Assembly (NCBI GenBank): GCA_951406725.2
Contig: OX597823.1
Location: 62,620,001 to 62,684,000 of the forward strand
Direction of reading: 5' to 3'
DNA length: 64,000 nucleotides
Origin: Octopus vulgaris
Taxonomy: Eukaryota
The notes under the pieces were generated by a model. The model ran no database searches, was not told where the DNA came from, and saw nothing but the letters and a program-made list of their open reading frames with translations. The position numbers and the translations under genes are program-made. Each line of letters starts with the position of its first letter. The stretch's first letter is position 1. Below, in pieces: positions 13,240 to 62,330 of the stretch.

Positions 13240-14825
13240 CAATGAACACATCATTTCACTTGACTCTTCCCTGCTTCTAGCTTTCGTTTCAGTTCATCAA
13301 TCTTGTCTACTAATGTAAACCGGAAAGCCATTGTTCCCTGCATGGAGGTTTTGAGATCATTAAAGATGGCAAAGATATCAGTCAAATGAGCCAGCTTGGC
13401 TAACCAATTCACATCTCTGAGCAATTGTGACCAATTTGGATCTTTGTCCTGAAGAACTTTCACAACCTCGCTGAGCACACTGTTTAGTTCTGTTGACATT
13501 TTTTTTTCCAAGATTTTCTCGGTAAAGAAAGCAGCATGTTGACTTGCATTCTGGGGCAAGCGCCTTAATCTGGGTGACTACTCCTGAATGCTGTCCAGTC
13601 ATTGCAGCAGCACCATCAAGTGGAGGTGCAATGGCCCAATGGTTAGGGCAGCGGACTCACGGTTTGTGGATCACGGTTTCGATTCCCAGACCAGGCGTTG
13701 TGTGTGTTTATTGAGCAAAAACACCTAAAGCTCCACGAGGCTCCGGCAGGGGGTGGTGGTGACCCCTGTTGTACTCTTTCACTCCAACTTTCTCTCACTC
13801 TTTCTTCCTGTTTCTTATCCCCGACTTCCTACGCAACTGCTGAGCCTGGATGTACATTCATCCTACCGTCGATGCTCTCGGTGTCGGGGGTTGACCTGCT
13901 TTCTCTTCTGCGGGTCTTACGAATAGCAAAGGACCACGTTTCGGACTTCTCCCACTCTGGGACGAAGACCACTTCGCTCAACAAACAAACAAGCAGCACC
14001 ATCAGAACATACACCTACACAAAACTCGAAATCCAACCCACATTTGTTAACGATGTAATCGCTCACAGTCTTGAACACTTCAGAACTAATTGTTTTACTT
14101 GGTGGTGAAGCAGAGAAAAAAAGAACTCTTCCTTCAAATCACCTTTATGTTCAAAGTGCACATACACCTTCAGGATTGCTTGATTAGCAAAGTCTGTACA
14201 CTCATCAAGTTGCTAAGGAAAGTACTTTGCTAATTTAATCTGTCCTATGAGCTGATCTTCCGTATCATGAGTCAGATCATGAATTCATCGAGCTATAGTG
14301 TCATTTGAAAGTGGTACCTGAGCCACTTTCTCTACCACCAGCTTGCCTCGCATTTACATACAGACATCTTGAATACAGCCTATTACTAGCATCCCACCAA
14401 TTATGTATGACTTTTTAGCCTTTGCAATTCGAAGTGCTACTTTATAAGAAGCCCACCATGCACAAGTATTTACGTATGACACTTCAAGTATCTACTTTCT
14501 TTCAAAGAACTCTTTCAGCTTTGAACTCATTTCTTTATGTTTTGTATTTAAATGTCTCTTGAGATTTGATGGCTTCATTGAGTCTTTAGCCAATACATCT
14601 CCACAAATAACAAACAGTGGTTTTTGCATTCCCCCCATCATTTGTGTCTACAAAAGCAAATTGAATGTATGAGGAGTCATATTTCCAAGTGACACTAGTA
14701 TGAATTCTTTTTGCCAGCAATACTTCAGTTTCATTTACATTGCCGTCATCTGATTCAAAATTGCATTCAGCAACTGGATGTCTCGGCTTGATAAATATGT
14801 CCATAGGACCTTGCTTTGCCATCTA
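13240..14825 (-). mobile_element. hAT (Charlie/Buster-like) transposase remnant interrupted by a SINE
   Basis: CVGVCSDGAAAMTG restored by removing the SINE; WLAKLAHLTDIF; KYDSSYIQF BED-type N-terminus. Confidence 0.8.
13619..13991 (+). mobile_element. tRNA-derived SINE with 13-bp TSD
   Basis: A/B-box-like head (tggcccaatgg; ggtttcgattcc), (AAAC)n tail, TSD agcagcaccatca at 13606-13618/13992-14004. Confidence 0.85.
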
Positions 14826-15699
14826 TAAATTAGGAATAAAAGTAATTAATATTGTCGCAAATATTTCAGTGTTTCTATTATTTAACTTTATTTAGTTAAG
14901 GTAATTAGTTTTTCTTTAATTTTTTTTAATGGAAGGAAATATTTTCCATGCAGAACAATTATAATTGAATTTTTTCTTCATTTCATTGTGTATTAAAAAG
15001 AAAATTATTATTCTGGTATAATCTTTGGAATCTGGTGAATGCATTGTTCTTAAATTGTATTTAAAAATTAAAGTTTAATATTTTTTTAATGTAATAATAA
15101 TAAAGAAGCCATTTGTGTATTATTAAAGGGTCACAATCACAGTACACACATTATTACACCCACAATAACAATACACTTGTCCTGATTGATTTTTTTTTTC
15201 AGCCATTTCAGAAAACGGAAACGATAGGTAATGAATTTAATTAAAATTTTGTTCTCATAATTTTAGTTAAAATTTATCATATTACAAACAGGATAAAAAT
15301 GTGAAGGTTAAAATTATTCGTACTTACATTCTTAGATCAGTGGGTTATGACAAGGCCCCAAATGACAAACGTATGATGCTCTCTGTTCAACTTCTTGATA
15401 TAATTGCGGGTGATCAGCCTATTCACAAGGTTGCCAGATATCACCACTCACCAGAGTTTCAATACCTCAACTCACTCCCTTTTGATCTCTCCACATTGCT
15501 TGAAATAACTTCCTTTCTACAACTGCAAACACTAATATAATCTTAATACTACACCAGTAAGCTATGGTAAATAGAAAATATATTGTCGTATCACAAATAT
15601 GCTACGTTTACTTACACAATCTCTACCACGGTTGGTGAGTACCATGCTCCACCGACCAGCTGGTATGTTGTTTACTGTAGTGCATAAGGCAAAATTACT

Positions 15700-15995
15700 G
15701 AAATTATGGTAAACTGTTTGAAGCATGACAATTGTTTCAGCCTCCGTTTTTCCTAGCAAAATACAAAATTTCACGGAAGCATGCTGTTCCTTCGTTTCAG
15801 CCATTGTAAAAATTGATGAACAAGGGAGAAGCACTGCAAAACAAAGATGCACCACATGCCAATACAACGTAACCTGAGCATGCTGGTCGGTAGACTGATG
15901 CCTGGGGTTTGCATCAAGTTGCCTTTAGCGGCAGAAGCCTGAACTACAACAGGCTACCCACAGAGAACGTTTCCAGTTACTTTTGGAGACCTCCT
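15700..15995 (-). mobile_element. Mariner 5' fragment
   Basis: MAETKEQHASVKFCILLGKTEAETIVMLQTVY, mariner N-terminal HTH pattern. Confidence 0.7.
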
Positions 15996-16008
15996 CATGT
16001 ATCATCAA

Positions 16009-17040
16009 CATCATCATCATCGTTTAATATCCGTTTTCATGCTGGCGTGGGTTGCACAGTTTGACCGAGGTTTGGAGAGCCAGCAGCTGCACCAGGCTCC
16101 AGTCTGGTGTGGCAATGTTTCTACAGCTTGATGCCCTTCCTAACGCCAACCCCTCCAAGAGTGTAGTGGGTGCTTTTTACCTGCCACCGGCACAGGAGCT
16201 AGTCAGGTGGTCCTGGCATCGATCATGTTCGGATAGTGCTTTTTACGTGCCACCGGCATAGACACTAGTCAAGCGGTCCTGGCATTGATTGCGTTTGGAT
16301 AGTGCTTTTTACGTGCCACCAGCACGGTAGCTAGTCAAGGGGTACTGGCATCAGCCACATTTGGATAGTGCTTTTTACCATTCCATTGGCACGAGGGCCA
16401 GTCAGGCGGTTCTGGCATCGATCACGTTTGGATAGTGCTTTTACGTGTCACCAGTATAGGATCCAGTCATGCAGACCTTGCATCGACCATGTTCGGATGG
16501 TACTTTTCATGTGCCATCCAGACAAGAGCCAGTAAGGGGACACTGGTATCAGCCACGTTTAAATGATGCATTCTACATGCCATGGGAACAGAAGCCAATC
16601 AAGGAGCACTGTCCATAGCTATGATTTTGGTTTTACTTGACTCAATAGGTCTTCTCAAGCATATCATATCGCCCGACACATCAGGGCTACTCTTAAATGG
16701 GCTGGACATGCAACACTGGCAATGGCCATGGCTGCGATCTTACTTTAGCTGCTGGGTCTTCTCAATCACAGCATATCTCCAAAGGTCTCAGTCTCCTGTC
16801 ATTGCCTCTATGAAGCCCAATGTTCGATGGTCATGCTTCACCCCCTCATCCCATGTCTTCCTGGTCTACCTCTTCCACAGTTAGGGAGTGGCACTTCCTC
16901 ACACAGCTGTCCTCATCTATACATAACACATGACCATACCAGTGCAGTCGTTTCTCATGCACACCATATTTGATGCTTCTCAAGCCCAACATTTCTCTAC
17001 TATCGTGCATGTAGACTGACATACATCCAGCGGATCATAC
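16009..17040 (-). mobile_element. RTE LINE 3' end with expanded 3' UTR tandem repeats (other copies: 27151-27448 -, 40425-40857 -, 42679-42921 -, 50431-51281 +, 53221-53580 -, 58523-58752 +, 60500-60780 +)
   Basis: catcatcatcgtttaa..ccatgctggcatgggttg end; ~58-nt internal repeats; RGRPGKTWDEG ORF end. Confidence 0.85.
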
Positions 17041-17377
17041 TATTTTATTTAATTTGCTTTGCAGGAAGGACTGTTTCAACAAAGTCGTGTCTCGCCTTTA
17101 CCTTCGAAACACAGAGTAGATGAAACAGAGGCTGCTGAAGAAGGGGGATTTTCCTTGTGTTGTATGTCTTGTACTCTGTTTTTCGTTGTTTAAAAAAATG
17201 TCCGTTTCCTTGGTTTTGTTTTTATGTTTCCGTTTCTTATTGTGTTCAACGTTTTTTTGGTGTCCTGTACCCATATATACATGTATATATACATATAGAT
17301 GTAGGTAAGTACATATATGTATGTATATATGCATGTGTTTTATTTATTATTTTGTTATATATATATATATATATATA

Positions 17378-17773
17378 CTAGCAGTATCGCCCGGCGTTGC
17401 TCGGGTTTGTAAGGGAAATAACTATATAACCATTTTTAGAGAGTTATAGCCAAAAAATAGAAAAAAATGCATTAAAAATGGAAAAAAATTATGGTAATTT
17501 TTTTTTTAAATCGTTGACTCATCGTAGACATTTTTAGAGAGTTACTTCCCTTATATAATAGCGAAAAAATGCATTAAAATGGAAAAAAATGATGGTAAAT
17601 TTTTTTTTTAAATCGTAGACTCATCGTAGACGCGCGCTAATACCCAGAAGGGCTCGATATGAATCACGACTATAAGATACCCGGTTTTGGTTAAACTGCA
17701 CTGCAAAATGTGGGAGTAGTTAGGAATCTAAATCATAGGAGACAGACACACAACTTCACTTTTATATATAAAG

Positions 17774-17774
<1 letters not shown>
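17378..17774 (-). mobile_element. Non-autonomous Helitron
   Basis: 5'-TC...CTAG-3' between A and T, subterminal hairpin cccgagcaacgccggg. Confidence 0.8.
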
Positions 17775-17817
<43 letters not shown>

Positions 17818-18275
17818 GGAAAGAGAGAGGGAGGGAGTTGAAAATATGTAGAGAGAAAAAAATAAAAAGGAGAAGAGAAATGCCTTTGTTTCTTATAGTT
17901 TAATATCTATTTATAAATATATACATATTATATCAATATCGGGAATTCCAACCGGTTTTCACTATTTAAATTAGCTTTTCAAGGAACATTGTACAGTAAT
18001 CAGTTCTCGTGACAGAGGGGTTTCGTCATTTTGGATGTTTGAAGAATAAGAAGAATGAGTCTAGGGAGTGAACCAAGGGAAGGTAACGTGGTGTATACTG
18101 AATCTTCAGTATCTTTACACCTTGTATATTTCTATATTTCTCTCTCTCTCTCTCTCTATGTGTGTGTGCGTGTGTGTGTGTGTGTGTAGGTAGGTAGATA
18201 GACAGACAGACAGGCAGACAGACAGGAAGACAGACTTGCAGGCAGGCAGGCAGACAGACAGACAGACAGATAGGT

Positions 18276-18323
<48 letters not shown>

Positions 18324-19442
18324 TGTTTATCAGATAACTGGTCAGTGATCGAAACATAGCCAAAATCAGAAGATCAACAGCTGCACAAACTTATGTTTCT
18401 GAAGCTCGGCTACAGAATGCGACAGTGACAACGACTACTGCTACTGTCATAACTAACATGCACTCACACATCTACCATAGACAGACACAAACCAAATTAC
18501 TTGGTTTAAACATTGAAAAATTTGTTTTTTGTATTGTGTTTCATTTGTCACAACATTTTTTTAAGGACAAATAAATATTTTATTTTGCAATTTTTTCCGG
18601 TTGATAAAAGATATACTAGTCACGCATTGTTGTCAGTTATTTTGACTGCACTCCTCCCTGATGTTTTATTATTTTCACCAAAACAAGAAACCGTGAGACA
18701 TTGAACAAACCAGGTCATTCAAACTTAGATATCAAATCTCTCATCACAATATGAGATTTCAAATATCTTTTCCTCGAACCTGTTATGTCACAGGAATGTT
18801 GTACTGTGATGAACCAATCAGAGAGCTTCTAAAATATTTCTTAAGCAACTGTATAAGGATAAACAGGCTTCAAAACCAGAGACCTGGTTACTGTAACTAA
18901 ACACATCAGTCTCAGTACAGAAATTCTATAGTGATTGGATCAGCGAATTAGCTAAGTGAGAGCTGATTGTCAGGTAGTGGTGAGTCATCAGAATAGAATC
19001 AATAGATTATAGTAAAGAAGTAATGACAAAGAACAATAGATTGGTTGGATAGTAAGAAAATTAGAAAAAGACAGTTAAAAATGGTATCGCAACCGATATG
19101 CTGGTATTACAAATGGCTCTCCAGCAGTTCTTCGATGCGAAATACGAGAGTTGAGTCATGGAGCTAAGGCACATGTTCACAGGACATGAGAGTAGGAGCA
19201 CCACTAAATGGGTCTAGATCGAAGAGATACGACATGAAAACAAAGTTACAAAGAGGGCTCTGTACAAAATGCTTAACAGTATTTCCCCCATTGCTACGTT
19301 CTGAGTCCAAATTCCGCCAACGTCGACTTTGCCTTTCATCCTTTCGTGGTTGATAAATAAAGTACCAGAAACACTAGGGTCAATGTAATCAATTAGTCAC
19401 TTCCCCCAAAATTTCAGGCCTTGTGCCTTAAGTTGAAAGAAC

Positions 19443-19479
<37 letters not shown>

Positions 19480-20699
19480 GTTATTATTATTAAGTCGACA
19501 AGCTAGCAAAATCGTTAGCACACTGGACAAAAATGCTTAACGTCATTTCTTCCGCTTTTACATTATGAGTTTAAATGCCGGCATGATCAACTACTTTACC
19601 TCTCATTGTTTTGGGATCGACAAAATGTGTTTGGCCCAAGCTAACCCCTTATTGAAGAGAAGGGTTCTTCTGGCGTGTGTGATAATGTGTATGCCCTCAT
19701 CACTAACTTCGGTGTATGACCTAACAAAATCCAGTGCCTTATAAAGGATCTTCCTCGATTTAGATATATATATATATATAGGTCCACTATGTCTAATTGG
19801 TTAAACTGAACCCTATCTCTTCCACTATTGGTTATAAACCATGTTATGTCTTCACTGAGGTGACGCCATAGGGCGCCAGAAGCCCTTCTAACAGCGTTAT
19901 TGATTTTCTGATGAGCTGCTTGGTTTATGATCCTTGATCCTAATAAAGGCTTCTTTCTTCACTAGTGTCTCTACTCTATCCTCTAACTGTCATATCCTTC
20001 ACGTCATAGTTAATGCCATCATAAGCTTGAGAGGTAACAGTCCAATTATGTAACCCTGCACTCTTCAGAGATGGCAATTATGGAATGAAATATGCCGACT
20101 GCTCTCCATTGTTGGCGGTGAACAGACACATCTGGTTTGTGGTTGCTCTGAAAAAGATGATGCAATGAGCCAAGCAAGGGTTTAGAGTTATGTCCCTTGA
20201 TACCAAATCAACACCTCTGGGGGTGTTGCAAGGCGACAAGAGTTTTCAAGGAAAAAGTGTATGGAAAATATCTGTATGTTTTATGATTGGTGTTCTTCTG
20301 GGGTGAGGGGCACCAAAAGCCGCATATTTTATATTTTTTCTTTTGGGCTTCTTACAGTTTCCGTCTACCAAATCCATTCCTAAGGTTTTGGTTGGCCTGT
20401 GAATACAGTAGAAGACACTTGCCGAAGGTGCCACGCAGTGGCACTGAACCCAGAACCATGTGGTAGGGAACCAAACTTCTTACAATACAGTCACGAATTG
20501 TTCTGTTTCCCATGTCTGTCATTTTGTTAGTATTAGAACACATGAACAACTACTGGCCACTGCAATTTGCACAATTTGATTACAGTTTTGCCAAAGCTCT
20601 AAAATCTCAGAACCATCTGAATTCCATAATTGCTCTGAAAACTGTTGGGCAGCAACAAATTGATACAACAATTGATCACTAGAGAGCTGCTCCCATTCA

Positions 20700-21780
20700 G
20701 TTCCATAATAGATTGGTAGAGAAAAATCATGACATATTGAAAAGTTTAATTTGTTGTATTGCAATTTTGGCTTGCCAAGAATTATCATTTGGGGAAAACA
20801 ACGAAACAGAACAATCAGACAATAAGAATAATTTTCTGACTATATATGAAGCAGTAGCAGAATACAATGATTGTGTAAGATCATATTTAGATTTCTATTT
20901 CTTTACTACCCACAAGGGGCAAAACACGGAGAGGACAAACAAGGACAGCTAAAGGGATTAAGTCGATTATATTGACCCCAGTGCGTAACTGATACTTATT
21001 TAATCAACCCTGAAAGCATGAAAGGCAAAGTCAACCTCGGCAGAATTTGAACTCAGAACGTAACGGCAGACAAAATACCGCTAAGTATTTCGCCTGGTGT
21101 GCTGACGATCACCAGTTCGCCGCCTTAAATCATATTTAGATTTCATGAATAAAAATGCCAACTGTACATTATCTGGACTTTCAAGTGATGTTCAAAATGA
21201 GATCATTAATAGAATAGCTGCTACAACTGAAGGTGAAATGATCAAACAAAACATTATTTGTTGCTGTTATGTTTGATGAGACTACAAATCTTTGAATGAA
21301 AGCTCAATTGTTATGCATCTTGCAATTTGTTGACGAGATGGAAAAACCTTGAGAAAGGGTTTTGGGATACACCAATGTCAGTAAAAATAGAAAAGCTGAA
21401 TCGCTAACAGAAGTTCAAATATTTGTTAATGAATTCAATTGTGGCCAAAAATTCATTGCACAAACTTATAATGGAGCTGGGTATTTAAATCGAGTACAAA
21501 GCGCAACCACCATATTTGTAGATTGTTATGCACATTCACTTAATTTAGTACTCTCTCAATTGGCTTCAAGTACTAGTGGATATCGAATTTTCTTCCATAT
21601 TTAAAAGGAATTTCAACTTTTTCTTGAAGTCAATGACTACTGGATGAAATCTTTGGAAAGCGATTTCCAAAGTTACATAAGACATGTTGAAATTATTCAT
21701 CTCGAACAGCATCCATTTTGTCCAACAAATTTCCTGAATTTTCTTAGTTATTTTCAACTATATTAGAAAATCCAGATGAC
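20700..21780 (+). mobile_element. Degenerate hAT (ZMYM1-like) transposase remnant interrupted by SINE 20897-21128
   Basis: SSDVQNEII, FDETT, AQTYNGAG, VDCYAHSLNLVL; SINE flanked by 16-bp TSD atcatatttagatttc. Confidence 0.7.
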
Positions 21781-22236
21781 AGCACCTCTTCATCGATTTC
21801 TTCGTCTGCCGTAAGGCATTATTTTTCAAACACGCCAGCTAAGTTGAATTGTCTAAAGTCGAAATACGCCTGTTGTTTTTGTCCTGTTATTATTATTATT
21901 ATTATTGTTTTATGTATTTATATTCATATTACTTTTTGTTTTTTGTATTTATTTTCGTGTAACATCATCCATTTTTCTCTCCTTGTTTCGTATACATTCG
22001 ATCCTTTTTCCAAGAAATCTAATGCTCGTAGCTTAGTTTTTCCTTGGGGCTGGCCAGATCAGAACAATCTCAAGATTAATCAGCCGAAATTGTGAGGATG
22101 ATCCGGTTCTTGACTGAAGATTAGAGGCTTCGAATGACCCGTCCGTTTTTGTATCTTCTATTTGAATGTTTTGCGTTCTTATCCCATTTTGTATTTTTAT
22201 ATATATATTTTATACATATATATATATATGTATGTG

Positions 22237-22272
<36 letters not shown>

Positions 22273-23592
22273 ATGTATATATATATGTATGTATGCATAC
22301 ACACATACACATACACAAGCATACACACACATACAAAAACACTAAAGTTAAAATTAAATAACTAAATAAATAGGTGGTCTAAAAATAAATAAATGATTAG
22401 ATGATTAAAACTATTGCATAACGCTTTGCACTTAATGTGTTATATCTGATGAAGTATATTATATTATACTATAAACATATTCTAACAATGAATAACAACT
22501 TATCTAATCCCTTATAATATCTTATCCATCGATTAAAAAATTTGTACTTATAATTTCCATCATAGAATTTCCCACTGTATTGCTCATATATTTTGGTAAA
22601 TGCACATTTAATCCCCCTAATTAGACAGATACACGTTTTCACATTTACAATATACGGTTTCATACATTTGTAATACCTTATTTCTCGTAAATAATCTAAA
22701 AACCACATCCCCTAGTCATATCACTATAACCTATTAGATTATATTCACTAACCTATACACTCATCAACTTTCTATTTCTATAATTCTTAATTTAATATAA
22801 TTTAATTTAATTTAATCTAGTCTCAATATCAATTTTACTTTCATATCTACCCATAGTTAAATGTGAATTATTTGTTTCTGTTTTCATACATATAATTTTT
22901 TATATAGTTTGTTTGTATTATCTGTTAACCACTAACTAACCATAGCAGTGCCATGGCCTTTCAAATAATTTAGCTGACCAATTAAATTACGTGAATGACC
23001 ACAACCCCCTCCCCGTTACTTATAGGGATTCAGCAACTTGTTAACTATAAAATAGTGGAATAAATAACGGAAGGTAATACAGTATCTTGTTAACTGACCA
23101 GAGATTTAAAGCATTTACTAATTTAGTACCAAGTGCGGATGTTTACCCTTTGAACGGCAGATTGAGAAATTAATTTTTTGTAACTAAACACTTTCAAACT
23201 TCAGACACTGGTAGAATGTGTCGTATAAAACATCTTTCTAGAAACAAATACTGCCACCACATTTCCACTATTGAAACACTATTACCAACTCTACCACCAC
23301 CACCATTGTAACTTTCAGCACTGCTACTAACATAACCACCAGTACCACTATTAATACCACCAGCCCCACAACTACCACTACTCCTACAACCAACACCAAC
23401 ACCACTCCAAATACCATGAACATCATCACTATTTCTAGTGTTATCACCACCACTACTACTACTCATACCACTATTTCTCCACCTCAACAACCACTACTAC
23501 TACTACTAGCATCACTACCACCACTGTTACCACTGCAGACATTTAAAAAAAAGTGATAAACAAAACATCGAAAAACAATACTTTTATATTAT

Positions 23593-23598
23593 TTTAAT
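23593..23598 (-). terminator. Candidate polyadenylation signal (ATTAAA) of ZF gene
   Basis: ATTAAA in an A-rich context followed by a GT/T-rich tract (tattgtttttcgatgttttgttt) on the minus strand, ~1.3 kb after the stop. Confidence 0.45.
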
Positions 23599-23639
23599 TT
23601 TATAATACAATTTGTTAGAGAGCAGCTTCCCAATAAACA

Positions 23640-24700
23640 AACACTGGCTGTTAGAATCACAGACAGAAGATTGGTACCAACTGTAGCATCAGCAATAGAT
23701 GATTAGTGCCAATTGTTAGAGCCAACACTACAACTTGTATGGGTCATAGACATAGGCTAACACCAACTGTTAGAATCACAGCTAATACACAGCTAGTACT
23801 AGCCCTAAGAGTCACAGCCAAAACACTGGCACCCATTATTAGGGTCACAAACAAAACACTAATGTCAATTGTATAGGCTACAGGCAAAAGTCCAGTGGTG
23901 CTTATTATAATGCACAGCAGTCCATCAGTTGTCACACAACAAAGACAACAGCCTGCTACCAGCTGTCAGAGAATAAGGACTGACTTGGTGCCAAGCATCA
24001 GACAAAAGACCTCTTGGTGCCAACTGTCACACAGCAGATGAGACAACAGTCTGGTGCTAAGACAACACAAACAGCAGTCTGGTATCAGCTGTCAGGTAAC
24101 AGAAATATCAGTCTGGAGCCAACTGTGAGGCAACAAAAACTGATATGGTACCAGCTATCACCTAACAGATGAGAAAATAATCTGGTGTCAAAACAACAGA
24201 GACAGCAGTCTGGTGCCAATAGTCAGACATCAAGGACTAACCTGGTGCCCAGCATCAGATAAAAGACCTCTTGGTGTTGTCACCCAACAAATGAGACAAA
24301 AGATGGGTGCCAAGACAACAGAAGATGCAAGCAGTCTGGTGTCGTCAGACAACAGGAATACAGCAGTCTGGTGCCAACTGTGAGGCAATAAAGGTTGATT
24401 TAGTACCAGGCATCAAATAAAAGACCTCTTGGTACCAGCTGTCACATAACAGATAACCAGGGGCCGGGACAACACAGACAGAAGTCTGATGCCAACTGTA
24501 AGACAATAAACATTGATAACATGCCAGGCATTAAATATATGACTCTTTGGTGCCAACTAATACACAACAAAGAAGTAGCCTGGTGCCAAGACAACAGAGA
24601 CAGCAGTCTAATGCCAGTTGTTGCACAACAAAAACTGATCTGATACCAGGAATCAATAGCCCTCTCTTGTTGCCAGATGTCGCATAAGAGACAGCCTAGC
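23640..24700. repeat. Degenerate ~25-35-nt tandem array (core TGGTGCCAA) in putative 3' UTR
   Basis: Recurrent (cagcagtc)tggtgccaa(ctgt) units with a recurring higher-order order of variants. Confidence 0.75.
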
Positions 24701-24878
24701 AAAATATTCCCAACAATGTGATGTCGTCAATTTGATTGAGTGGTCTGGCTGGCTAACTCATGAGCCAGAAATGGGTGAAAGGGGTAGACACAGAATTGAG
24801 CTAAGGTGAAGTTTGTGATGAACAACAGATAAATGACAAGATAAGTGAGAGAGAAAGTCTAAGTGTTGAATAATGTCC

Positions 24879-61379
<36,501 letters not shown>

Positions 61380-61490
61380 CTAAAAGTGGAGACAAATATT
61401 TAGAGCACAGAATTTACGATGTACATCTTAGCGGGAGTGGAACAGGTAAAATCCAGGCCACATATGTCTCCTAGCTAGCAGATCCTCTGA

Positions 61491-62330
61491 TCATCATCAT
61501 CATCATCATCATCATCATCGTCGTCGTTTAATGTCCGCTGTCCATGCTGGCATGGTTTGACCGAGAACTGGCAAGCCAGTAGGCTGCACCAGGCTCCAAT
61601 CTGATCTGGCAAGCTTTCTACAGCTGGATGCCTTTCCTAATGCCAACCACTCCAAAAGTGTAGTGGGTGCTTTTTACATGTCACCAGCATGGGAGCCAGA
61701 GAGGGGGCACTGGCATCGACCACATTCGCATGGTGCTTATTATGTGTCACCAGCACAGGTGCCAGTCAGGCAGCACTGGCCACAACCATGATTTCGATTT
61801 CACTTGACTCGACAGGTCTCCTCAAACACATTCTGTCGTCCAATGATTCAAGCGTAGTTTTAAACAAGCCAATTATGCAACACTGGCATTGGCCGCAGCT
61901 GCGACCTCACTTTACTTGCCAGATCTTCTCAAACACAGCATATCACCAAAAGGTCTCAGTCTTTTGTCATTCACTCTCTGGTGAGAATGAAATCAATCTG
62001 GCAAGTAGAGTCACCTGATTGATAGGCTATCAAGTGGTTGGCTGGCTTCCTGAAGTTGGTGTTGCAGATCAATAGGTTATTTGCATCACATAACTCCAGT
62101 AGCTAAGTTCCCTCTTCATTTTGGGTACTAATTCCATGGCCCCCTCATGTACACCATGGAAGATACCAGGTTACTGTCCGACATGCCCATTAAAATCTCC
62201 AGCCACAAAGATGTGATCATTGTCACTCATCTTTGAGGTAGCTTGCAGAAGAATATCAGAAAAGTGGTTCTTCTGTTCATTTTGTAGGCTTGTGGGTCGA
62301 AGTCAGAGATAATTGTAGCTAAACTATTCT
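61491..62330 (-). mobile_element. RTE LINE: AP-endonuclease fragment joined to 3' UTR (internally deleted)
   Basis: VAGDFNGHVG..NEEG..LLELCDANNLLICNTNFRK followed by the family 3' UTR. Confidence 0.8.

Noticed and set aside
23194-23540. Gly- or Val-rich ORFs
   Set aside because: Low-complexity (CAC/TAC)n decay with no splice or domain support
23930-24700. CRISPR-like periodicity
   Set aside because: Units are degenerate, intervening sequences are related to each other, the context is eukaryotic and there are no cas genes
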